From assembly GCA_048886685.1 (NCBI GenBank), contig JBHLKM010000019.1, positions 1-20,006 of the forward strand: 20,006 bases of DNA, given 5' to 3'. This document shows positions 11,001 to 17,577 of the stretch, piece after piece. This stretch comes from Candidatus Hodarchaeota archaeon (lineage in GTDB: Archaea > Asgardarchaeota > Lokiarchaeia > Sigyniarchaeales > SOKP01). The position numbers and the translations under genes were made by a program. The first letter of the stretch is position 1. Every line of letters starts with the position of its first letter. The notes under the pieces were generated by a model. It ran no database searches. It was not told where the DNA came from and saw nothing but the letters and a program-made list of their open reading frames with translations.

Positions 11001-11284
11001 GAATCCAAAAGAGAAATTAAAATTGGAAAATTTTCATGGCTCCCAGTTCCAGAAACCTTGGAATGGTCAATAATTATTACTTTATAATATTTGAAGTAGT
11101 GTCTATTAGGAAGACTGCTTGAAGACGTTTGAATTAAGGATTTTGGACTTCCCAATGAATTTTCATAATCATTTTCCTTAATAGCGCCAATTGGAAGAAA
11201 AACAATAGATATAAGGTTAATAATGAAGAAAAAAAACACTAAATAACAATACTTTTTTCGCTTATAATATCTTTTTCTAATCAT
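5099..11284 (-). CDS. Giant type-I membrane surface protein (2061 aa): signal/TM, 3x (DUF2341-like + LamG/ConA-like), ~7 Ig-like repeats, TM, ~230-aa helical TPR-like cytoplasmic tail
   Basis: Three units of YYKxIxID..NFxxLIS..DIAF..WVxxP..YYGN..GVWHLSE..DST..DF.G..xSxW..WxH..YxxG..GxxDExR..WxxTxYxNQ. Stalk repeats follow DTTxP..PLELG..NHTM..WQY..W..D..NWN. The TM is IIIIIIIASVIGSVTAIVIV followed by RKR. There are many N-x-S/T sequons. Confidence 0.93.
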   Translation of the reverse strand: MIRKRYYKRKKYCYLVFFFFIINLISIVFLPIGAIKENDYENSLGSPKSLIQTSSSSLPNRHYFKYYKVIIIDHSKVSGTGSHENFPILISLLDSDLHDDVQSTGNDIAFADNTGWLDHEIELFEQDYNSTHAKLNVWVRVPSLSTYLDTKISLYYGNTTMSSRENPTGVWNTNYEGVWHLSEEPTGTIYDSTSNNHDGTPQGSMNSADQIDGQIDGSIDFDGTDDYIDMGSSIDIASSSFSVSTWAKRGSSTSADIIFQQGPAGLNTGLHVGFRSNNSFTFAFWADDLDTSLSYTDTDWHHWSCTYDASTKTRKIYRDGVSIASDTASDHFLASNDPFYLGYDGMVSEGFHGQLDESRLLNIALSSGWVSTSYNNQNEPNSFYSIGKEKSVSGHPSNAHYFAYYKEIVVEHSMVYGSNDLLNFSVLISLLDSDLKDHVYSSSGNDIAFAYNTEWLDHELELFNQTYNGTHAQLVAWVRIPILSTSLDTIIRMYYGNSTMGSRENPEGVWDSNYKGVWHLSESTGGTDAIKDSTINGNDGTDYGSPTFGSTGKSDGAIDFKGDIEDEYVQLPANASLNSINEGDYYTYEAWFYPDQVPPGVPLNNNSRRYGIMIKRNPHHGLYYDHDQYFAMEHWLDIGGPSVRAVSSGTYGPGKYYHIVAVVSNLDGYLKLYVNGNLEDQTTWTGGTTPWDYDIGALRIGIANPGWSTYRWSADGKIDEIRISDSARSADWIKTEYKNQNDPSSFYSISKEYPLSGILPNFQYFKYYKEIIIDYTIVSGSYDLTNFPLLISILDSDLKFDVEQANGNDIAFAYNGLWLDHEIELFKQTYNGTHAQLIAWVSIPRLSMSENTIVRMYYGNATMSSRENPEGVWNTNYKGVWHLSEDPTDSSPAFKDSTPNNNDGTDYGSMTSGDQVPGQIDGSLDFDGGDDYLEANDSSSLTIPGSFTVSAWINTNDLPPAGDLRSVVGKGMSSDNPGENHNYGIMLENAILTAGQAIEVYYEPSTGFGNAVAASWVTSLSLGQWYHVVGVHDAGADTLTLFVNGVQRAQNTGATATPDTGNAPLRIADVNVDIFPNEFNGQIDEVRVLDTVHSADWIKTEYNNQYNPQAFLTIGSEKKLDKTPPTYSNLTESSNPLELGETEIITINVSDPSGINQVKIEFEDSDHVIRNHTMANISGNAWQYDSWTPSSVDNYSYTIWMQDNYDNWNSTSGTIEVIDTTAPTFSDLIESADPLQLGQNETITIKVYDSPGSGVNQVLLEYDSSNHTMINSVGDTWSWSKWKPASPVIYSYTIYMQDMENNWNVTNGNITVVEATGPTIENFTMSEDPLELGNIVTISVDVYDNSSIGTVLIELESANYTMNHTVGNTYECTWTRSWVGTVIYVIYANDTLNNWNSFTGSFDVVDTTVPVIENVIKSEEPLELGNTIIISVNSTDLSGINEALIEYEDSYHIIDNHTMTNMTGDIWQYDSWSPGPPTGNWSFIIWVKDNNNNWGSVSDSILVQDLTPPMYSDLNESASIVELGSELIISINCTDLAGIKDPGGVLIEYENSNHTMTNIGPDIWQHNSWRPDSIGNYTYKIYITDNNDNLNYVSSSILFQDTVLPTYSNLFESADPLELGDNPTIRIDVYDVADINQVLIEFEGVNYSMTNIYGNTWQYDSWTPTNWIVHQYRIYMEDMSGNWNLLTANITVQDTTPPSSPLFAISPSGDVSGILVFDWVDGSDPSGILYYILIIDNETDHVYIFNITNIDTESSYCELPEELPIGRYYYFLAQIDGLGQQSNYTTGTFTVISIESGPPGNNNFIIIIIIIASVIGSVTAIVIVRKRLKKEIAPPRKKVPLKIITSHLNNLSAPIFDDKQDKLLISKQLTEEQEIEIQVNKIKSLGEELFAEGAYLEAQEQFKLGRDLLLNVGRAEEANLFSELLAGIDGLIEEREKRLELLDQAKIERNAVQIFEIHQDLINISKKLRDPEAASFYQAELINYFQNNNWILVDLEKYRSDMDKEAESLYKNSYFENAAQLYERCEKISQLLVQLEREEEIRSIEEFRYKKNACMKKFDNN
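5915..7924 (-). repeat. Tandem ~95-aa Ig-like stalk repeats (six similar plus one divergent)
   Basis: Units begin DKTPP, DTTAP, EATGP, DTTVP, DLTPP, DTVLP and DTTPP, at roughly 280-300 nt spacing. Confidence 0.85.
7257..7854. repeat. Near-identical direct repeat of window 1-595 (stalk region shared by the two paralogs)
   Basis: Position 1 matches 7257 (tatacatcaacagaaatagtaacaatatttcccaattctaaagg...). There are scattered substitutions and one 3-nt indel. Identity drops after ...cattaatagtaataa. Confidence 0.95.
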
Positions 11285-11354
11285 GCTTACTTAATCTCGG
11301 TTGAATAAAAATTAAACTTATAAAGCAAGCTTTATCAAATCCTTAGACAAAAGG

Positions 11355-11408
11355 GTATAATATATTCTTAGTTAACTGATACAAGTCTATCCATTTATAT
11401 AAATTTAT
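11355..11408 (-). promoter_or_regulatory. Conserved promoter of the 2061-aa adhesin (TATA-like box plus 16-bp element)
   Basis: Same two motifs and same 24-nt spacing as 2979-3032, while the flanks and spacer are diverged. Confidence 0.75.
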
Positions 11409-11771
11409 CTCAAGCTTAGATGAATTTAATTTACATTATCTGGAGTAAGATATGAAATTGTTTTGAAGTATATTAGATTTCTAAATTAGATATTAAGTTA
11501 AATTCAAAATTAAAAAAGATGAATAAAAATAGATTTTGACTAAATAATTTTTACCTCTTTTTGGATTTCTACAATATCCTTCATAGTTTCATCAATATAT
11601 AGTATTATTTTAACAAATTTGTTAAAAAATTATAGTTTTTTCTATTGTTCAATTTTTTAATTTTTTCTAAATTACTAATATAAATTTTAAATATTAAGAT
11701 GATTTTCTATTATCTGTTAAAGCAAGAGCCAAGTTGCGAATATCATATAAAAATTGATTAAGTTTAAAAAA

Positions 11772-12614
11772 ATGAATGAAATTCTAAAAACAGAGAAGAA
11801 GAAGATCCATAGCTTATTTATCCTCAAAGAGACAGGCACTTGCATTTATAGTAGAAATTTTACAAACAAATTTGAAAAAGTAGATCTTGATTTAGTATCA
11901 GGTTTCTTTGCTGCGTTTTTTTCATTTGCAGAGGAGGTCACCTCTGAAAAAATAGAAAATCTTGAAATGGTTAATGTTAGATTACTATTTATATCAAGCA
12001 AGGATGTTTTAGAGGATCCGAAGGAAAATCTTATCTTTTGTCTTATGGCTGATATTGATGAGAATAAGGTGTTTTTAAGGAACAGTTTATTTATGATAAT
12101 GTCGCATTTTTACAATGTCTATGAAGATTTAGTGCCAGATCGTGTAAAAGGGACTCCCAGAACGGTGTGGGATACGAAGAAGGATCATATTGTAATAAAA
12201 AATGATGAATTGAATTCTATTATTGATTCAATTATATCAGGAGAATGGGAAATAGATAGTTATGAAAGTTATTATAAAGAGGTAGAAAATTATCTTCATG
12301 ATCTGATCGCTGAAAATGAGATTTTGGGAGCTGCGCTATTATCTATTACGGGAAAAATTATAAATTCTAGTTTATCACAGAATATATTTGCACGTGCTAT
12401 AAAAGAATTGGAAATTAGACTCCAGATGGGATATTCAGATCTCCCTCTATTAATTTATGTTTTACAAGATGATTGCAAGGTTTTTACCAAAGAAATTGTA
12501 AACAATGAATTTTTAATTCTCCATTTTGACTCTTCAATTCCCTTAGGAATGTGTAATTTAACCTCAACTAAAATAGCAAATACTATTAAGAAATTGTTTA
12601 AAAGCTGGAGTTAA
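11772..12614 (+). CDS. Longin-like + roadblock/profilin-like two-domain protein (Asgard eukaryotic-signature type)
   Basis: The N-terminal IHSLFILKETGTCIYSRNF..DLDLVSGFFAAFFSFAEEV..IENLEM fits the longin pattern. The C-terminal EILGAALLSITGKIINSSL..LILHF..IPLGM fits the roadblock pattern. The ATG at 11772 is preferred to the TTG at 11754. Confidence 0.75.
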   Translation: MNEILKTEKKKIHSLFILKETGTCIYSRNFTNKFEKVDLDLVSGFFAAFFSFAEEVTSEKIENLEMVNVRLLFISSKDVLEDPKENLIFCLMADIDENKVFLRNSLFMIMSHFYNVYEDLVPDRVKGTPRTVWDTKKDHIVIKNDELNSIIDSIISGEWEIDSYESYYKEVENYLHDLIAENEILGAALLSITGKIINSSLSQNIFARAIKELEIRLQMGYSDLPLLIYVLQDDCKVFTKEIVNNEFLILHFDSSIPLGMCNLTSTKIANTIKKLFKSWS

Positions 12615-12767
12615 ATAAATTACAATTTTTGGTTCCCAATTCTCTTGAATTTGGTTTGATGTCATACCACTTTTTAAATCGTCCAGGAATTTTTTAATTG
12701 ATGTGTCTCTTGATATATCTTTTTCCAATCGTCGCTCTTCCATCTCATTTAATTCAATTAGATACAA
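12564..12767 (-). CDS. Possible small hypothetical protein (alternative start MEERR)
   Basis: Charged, protein-like first two-thirds, but it overlaps the 3' end of the convergent longin gene by 51 nt. No recognisable motif. Confidence 0.3.
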   Translation of the reverse strand: MYLIELNEMEERRLEKDISRDTSIKKFLDDLKSGMTSNQIQENWEPKIVIYLTPAFKQFLNSICYFS

Positions 12768-12903
12768 ATTAAATTCTTAAAGGATTTTAGGTCAATCTTA
12801 AAAGATAAGATTTTTTAATAAGCTTTCGAGTTTCTTCCGTGTTTAAATTTATATCTTTTCAAATGGACTCTTTTTTGAAATTAGAAGGATTGAAAAAAAA
12901 TAA

Positions 12904-12983
12904 TTTCCCTCAATTCATGGGAAAAAAGGGAAAAAAGTTGAAAATATTAGCAGATTTGTGATTTTCCATTAATTTCTGGGAAA
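12904..12983. promoter_or_regulatory. Two copies of a palindromic operator TTTCC(C/A)-N9-GGGAAA
   Basis: tttccc-tcaattcat-gggaaa (12904-12924) and tttcca-ttaatttct-gggaaa (12963-12983). They lie upstream of TTTAAATA (13017-13024) and the ATG at 13078. Confidence 0.55.
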
Positions 12984-13077
12984 AGAATGAAAAACTGGTC
13001 AATAATTCACTAAAGATTTAAATATAATCATATCTATTTATATAATTGAACTATTTTCATACAAAAATGGCGTATTT

Positions 13078-13581
13078 ATGAAAAATTTAGGAAAAGGGTT
13101 TTTAGCACTTTTAATAGGTGTTGGGGTGTTTTTAACTCCAGGTTTGAGCATATTCTCACCTGAGGGGTTTAATGAAGTAGATTTTGAAACTTCTGAAGAA
13201 AAAGAGGAAGGATTAGGTAAAAAAGTTAAACCTAAGAAAATAATAGCGACTATTGATATCGATCCTGATAAACTTAACTTAAAAAGTAAAGGAAAATGGA
13301 TCACTGCTTACATTGAATTACCTATTGAATTCGAATTGATTGATATTGAACTTGATGGAATATTATTAAATGAATTATTATCTCCTAAAGAGACTACTCA
13401 CAAAATAGGAGATAATGATAATGATAATATTCCTGATTTAATGTTAAAATTTGATAGGTCAATTGTGCAAAGTATTGTTGAAGTTGAAGGCTCACAATTC
13501 TGTGAGATTACCATTGAAGGTCAATTAGTTAATGGTAGAAGTTTTAAAGGTAGTTGTGAAATAGAAATATTAGGAATTTAA
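13078..13581 (+). CDS. Small secreted/membrane-anchored beta-rich protein with an acidic Ca-binding-like loop
   Basis: Signal-like MKNLGKGFLALLIGVGVFL, a charged linker, then ATIDIDPDKLNLKSKGKWITAYIELP...IGDNDNDNIPDLMLKFDR. From memory, not checked, this module occurs at the C-termini of prokaryotic extracellular proteins. Confidence 0.85.
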   Translation: MKNLGKGFLALLIGVGVFLTPGLSIFSPEGFNEVDFETSEEKEEGLGKKVKPKKIIATIDIDPDKLNLKSKGKWITAYIELPIEFELIDIELDGILLNELLSPKETTHKIGDNDNDNIPDLMLKFDRSIVQSIVEVEGSQFCEITIEGQLVNGRSFKGSCEIEILGI

Positions 13582-14126
13582 GATTACGGAATAGCAATTT
13601 TATAGAGTGATCTAATATTAAATTTTTTTAATCTCAGTTCACATTAGTTCCTATGAATTGAATAAGTAGGATTGCGGATCTGAAATAGAAGAATCTGCTA
13701 TGGTGATTCTAACTAGTTTGCTTCATTGTATCATAAGCTTTATATAACACTTCCTTTTATTTTGGATTGAATGTCAAATTTAGATTTGAATTGAAATTGT
13801 AAGGATAGAGTAAAGAAACATTAATATAACCTTCAAATAAATTCTTAATCTCTTCAAATCAAGAAAAGATATTCGTTTGATAGTTTACCTATCGTTCATG
13901 AAATTTGATTAAAGAAGTTTCTCATAAAAAATTCATGGCCTTTAATTAAAAAAAGAGTAAAATTTCCCATTTATATATAAAAGCATTAGAGAATTGAGTG
14001 ATAAATAAATTCTTAGAAGTTAGTATTTCATAATTTTTATAGATGAATTTAAATATGTCGTAAAAAGTTCTATCCAAAATAAGATAAATAAGGTGAACAT
14101 CTATTTCAGTATTTAATAAAAATAGC

Positions 14127-14666
14127 ATGGGGTTAACAGAACAATTATCAGATATTAACATTAAAATTATTCTGGCGGATTTGGGTAAAAATGAGGCTCT
14201 TCAACGAGATATCGAAGATAAATTTGGCGCAAATTATAAATTATCAGTGGGCATAGATATTTTAAGAAAATGTATAACGTTTGAGAATGGGCTAAATGGA
14301 AATCTTTCAATATGGGATGTATGTGGAGAAAATATATTTGAAGTAGTTAAAGATTTGTATCGTAAAGAAGACGGAATAGCATTAATTGCTTTTGATCTAA
14401 CAAAAATAAAAACTTATAATCAAATGATCAAATATCTTTCAAAAATTCGTCAATTCAATTTGGAAGAATATCCATATGTATTAATAGGAAATAAGGCATC
14501 CTTTTTAATGAAAGACGGTTTTTTTATGTACTCAGATGACGCCAAAATGCTTGCAGAAAGTGAAGGATGTATTTATCTGGAGACTTCCTCTCAAATTGAT
14601 TTAGATATTGATAAAGCTTTTAACCGATTAGTAAAAATAATCCTGAGACCTAAAGTACTGGCATAA
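14127..14666 (+). CDS. Rab/Ras-like small GTPase fold with degenerate G-motifs (probable pseudo-GTPase)
   Basis: Collinear with Rab-like proteins: KIILAD-LGKN (G1), YKLSVGIDI (G2), LSIWDVCGE (G3), IAFDLT, VLIGNKAS (G4), YLETSSQ..IDKAF (G5). No C-terminal prenylation cysteines. Confidence 0.85.
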   Translation: MGLTEQLSDINIKIILADLGKNEALQRDIEDKFGANYKLSVGIDILRKCITFENGLNGNLSIWDVCGENIFEVVKDLYRKEDGIALIAFDLTKIKTYNQMIKYLSKIRQFNLEEYPYVLIGNKASFLMKDGFFMYSDDAKMLAESEGCIYLETSSQIDLDIDKAFNRLVKIILRPKVLA

Positions 14667-14927
14667 TTGGATAATGTTAAAATAGATAATCATCTTCACA
14701 TATACGCTATCGCAAAAGAAATATATAATAATTTAAAAATTAAATATAAATATGGATTGGAGAGAGTGTTTTACATGGAGAATAGATCATATTTTCAGGA
14801 ACTTCATGAATTTAGGATACTATTAAATAAAGTTGTAATTCCGTTTGAACAATTTTTTAAGTCAGATGAAAAAAATATCTATGGTTCCCAGATTTTGGAT
14901 ATAATTAGCTCTGAAATAGAAACCTGA
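14667..14927 (+). CDS. Hypothetical protein (86 aa)
   Basis: The TTG start directly abuts the GTPase stop (TAA TTG), and the ORF fills the gap to the next gene. No motif recognised. Confidence 0.55.
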   Translation: MDNVKIDNHLHIYAIAKEIYNNLKIKYKYGLERVFYMENRSYFQELHEFRILLNKVVIPFEQFFKSDEKNIYGSQILDIISSEIET

Positions 14928-14956
14928 TATAATTTTTATAAAAAGGGATTTGGGGA

Positions 14957-17548
14957 TTGCGGGAGAGAAGAAATCATATTTTAAGTAATTGCATTAAATT
15001 AGAAAGATTTCTGATATCTCTGTTAGTTATATTTATAATAATAGCAAATCTAACCTCCTATTATTTCGATATCACAAAATTTTCTGAAGAGCTTTATACT
15101 GTTAGAAAAAATGGTTTTCTAAGGACCTCCTCATCTAGTGGTGGAGGTTATATCATGGATTATAATGCATCCTATTCATGGATTGAGATTTCAACAACAG
15201 GCACTCTAATGAATATTTCAAATGAAAATGATGGTTACGAGGTACTTTCTTTTAATAGTGACGGTTGGAATTTTACATACTATGAAACACAATATGATAC
15301 GGTTTATGTTAGCACGAATGGATGGATTAGTCTTACTAATTTAGGAGACACACAATTTAAGTGTGCACCAATACCAGATTTGAGCAACGAAAATATAGAC
15401 TGTGTAGCTTTGCTTTGTAGCGATTTAAATCCCATAAATGGAGGAGAGATATATTATGAATTTCGTGGACTAGCGCCTAATAACTATTTGGTAATAGAAT
15501 ATCGTAATATTTTCAGTGATGACAATAATTACGTTGGAAATTTTGAAGTCATATTTAACCGATCTGGAATGATTAAATTTCAATACCAAAATATTAATTA
15601 TTTAAATCAATATGATGCGATAGTTGGATTGGATCACGGAGATCTGATAAATTACAACATTTATTCAGGAATTAATAAAAATAATTTGCCTTACACAAAT
15701 AAAGCAATAGAATTTACATTTAATGAGATTTCTGAAATTGATTATTCACTTAATGTTTCAATTAACAAGGAATACACTTGGATTGTAGCAGAAATAGATA
15801 ATCTTATGATGAATCAGATTTTTGGTTCGGATTGGGAAAGCACTTATGGAATTTTTACTGATCCTGAGAAATTTACTAAATTTAAAATAAATATAACTGC
15901 CATTATAGAAAATTCAACTCATTGGAATATAAATTATTCCATGTGGAATTGGACTTATAAAGAAAATAATTTTAATAATACACCGGATGGAAATGATCTG
16001 TTAATATTTCGAAAAGAGCCATTAAATTATACATCTCCTCATAATTTAACTCATATTTTTCCATTTTTTATACCAAATCCTATTTTTCATTATCTTAATA
16101 GATCAAATCTTGCTGAATCTTACTCAAGAATAAGTAGTTTTGGAAGTGCTGGGGATTATGTAGAACTAGGAGATATAATAATGTCTTCGACTATAATAGG
16201 GGGTCACAATATCCAATTTGGTAGAAACGCGCATTACAATAAATATGGCATATTAGATTGGATGGATTTTTATTATGTAAATCAATCATGGGAATCTACT
16301 GATAAAAAATCAATTTTCACAATATACAATTTTTTTGAATCATCTAAACCCTCATTTATAGGGGTGAATGAATCTGATATTTATAATTATGGTGTTTTCT
16401 ATAGTGAAAGAAATGCTCCCCAAATACCTTTAAGAAATTATAGTAAAATGCCTAATATATTTAGTTTAAAAATAGATTTTATAGGGGGTTTTGATCCATA
16501 TTTCAATCGTTCTTTAGTTATTATTAATAATTCTGATGCTGCTTCAGCAATAGATCCTTATCCTGCTGGAAAACATCCTGAAATATATTATTTACCCCAA
16601 AATTTGACTAGATTTACTTTGCTAAAGAGGTTTATATTACCAACAGAAATAAATTGGTCTTTACTTGAGTCAATCCGTTCAGATATTATTGCCATTTCAA
16701 ATGGATTTATCATTAGTTTAAATATAATGGACGATATTTTCGAATTTGAGTACACATACACATCATTTGGTTTATTAAATACTTATTCAGAATATTATAA
16801 TGGAAAAGAATATTTCACAGTTAGATTCAATAAATTTAATTACCAATTTGACGATTATGAACCTGACAAAAGGCTGATAATGTTTTTAATCTTCACCGTA
16901 ATAATTGCTTCTGCGGTTGCTGTATCAGGCCCTTCATTTTATTATTATCGGAAAATTTATAAAAGAAAAACTAGGGACATCTCACCTCTATTTGAAGGAG
17001 ATGAGGAAACTTATCAATCCTGGCTTGGACCTTCAGCAAAAGAAATTTTGAATATTATTTCTAATAAAAAGTTAATATTTGACATAATTAACCAGGATGA
17101 ACTTGTTAAAAAAGAAGTAAAATTGACAACCATGAATATTGAAGTTCTGAGAAAAATTGATGCATTAGGTTTTGATGAATATGATAAAAGAGAATTCCTT
17201 CGGGAAATACTTGCTTTATCTCCTAAAGAAAGATATGAAATCATTAGAAATATTATGTCAAGACAAAGTGTAGGGTCAGAACAATTTTCAAAAGAAATTT
17301 TAAGTAAATTGAGTTATAAAGATTTATTACTTCAGATTTTTGATGAGACTACCCCTAGAAAGAAGAGAATTCAATTAGAAAAAATAGAATTAACAATTGT
17401 TTCAGAAAAATTTTTAAATAAGGTTGATGCAATAGGGTTGACGGGAGATAGTAAAATCAAGTTTATTAAAGAAATGCTTGCATTATCTCCTAAAGAAAGG
17501 GAAGAAATAATAAATAACATCTTAGATAAAAAGGAAACTTATAGTTAA
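14957..17548 (+). CDS. Single-pass receptor-like membrane protein: N-terminal signal/TM, NIDO (nidogen)-like domain, further extracellular domains, TM, duplicated cytoplasmic helical module
   Basis: YSWIEIS..WNFTYYETQYDTVYVSTNGWISL..VALLCSDLNP..GGEIYY..LVIEY..NFEVIF..GMIKFQY matches the NIDO-like FxFYG..YxSxNGxxxF..IAxxWxDL..FQxxL pattern. Many sequons. The TM is LIMFLIFTVIIASAVAVSG followed by basic residues. LALSPKER occurs twice. Confidence 0.85.
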   Translation: MRERRNHILSNCIKLERFLISLLVIFIIIANLTSYYFDITKFSEELYTVRKNGFLRTSSSSGGGYIMDYNASYSWIEISTTGTLMNISNENDGYEVLSFNSDGWNFTYYETQYDTVYVSTNGWISLTNLGDTQFKCAPIPDLSNENIDCVALLCSDLNPINGGEIYYEFRGLAPNNYLVIEYRNIFSDDNNYVGNFEVIFNRSGMIKFQYQNINYLNQYDAIVGLDHGDLINYNIYSGINKNNLPYTNKAIEFTFNEISEIDYSLNVSINKEYTWIVAEIDNLMMNQIFGSDWESTYGIFTDPEKFTKFKINITAIIENSTHWNINYSMWNWTYKENNFNNTPDGNDLLIFRKEPLNYTSPHNLTHIFPFFIPNPIFHYLNRSNLAESYSRISSFGSAGDYVELGDIIMSSTIIGGHNIQFGRNAHYNKYGILDWMDFYYVNQSWESTDKKSIFTIYNFFESSKPSFIGVNESDIYNYGVFYSERNAPQIPLRNYSKMPNIFSLKIDFIGGFDPYFNRSLVIINNSDAASAIDPYPAGKHPEIYYLPQNLTRFTLLKRFILPTEINWSLLESIRSDIIAISNGFIISLNIMDDIFEFEYTYTSFGLLNTYSEYYNGKEYFTVRFNKFNYQFDDYEPDKRLIMFLIFTVIIASAVAVSGPSFYYYRKIYKRKTRDISPLFEGDEETYQSWLGPSAKEILNIISNKKLIFDIINQDELVKKEVKLTTMNIEVLRKIDALGFDEYDKREFLREILALSPKERYEIIRNIMSRQSVGSEQFSKEILSKLSYKDLLLQIFDETTPRKKRIQLEKIELTIVSEKFLNKVDAIGLTGDSKIKFIKEMLALSPKEREEIINNILDKKETYS
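17039..17524 (+). repeat. Two ~75-80-aa cytoplasmic repeats
   Basis: KEILNIISNKKLI..KLTTMNIEVLRKIDALG..KREFLREILALSPKERYEIIRNI versus KEILSKLSYKDLL..ELTIVSEKFLNKVDAIG..KIKFIKEMLALSPKEREEIINNI. Confidence 0.9.
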
Positions 17549-17577
17549 TAAGAAAAATAAGAGAGAGACCCCATAAA

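Noticed and set aside
9445-11073. ORFs 9445..9678, 10528..10731 and 10858..11073
   Set aside because: Off-frame or antisense shadows within the 2061-aa gene, with no motifs. Locally higher GC lengthens chance ORFs.
11410-11750. Several short AT-only palindromes in the divergent intergenic region
   Set aside because: Expected by chance at this very high AT content.
13038-13304. 88-aa minus-strand ORF
   Set aside because: Antisense to the well-supported 167-aa gene.
13670-13747. DCGSEIEESA, resembling a zinc-ribbon fragment
   Set aside because: Preceded by a stop and lacking the second Cys pair; too short to support a pseudogene call.
13946-14161. 71-aa minus-strand ORF
   Set aside because: Overlaps the GTPase start and promoter region, and has the I/F/Y/K/N-rich composition typical of AT-rich non-coding DNA.
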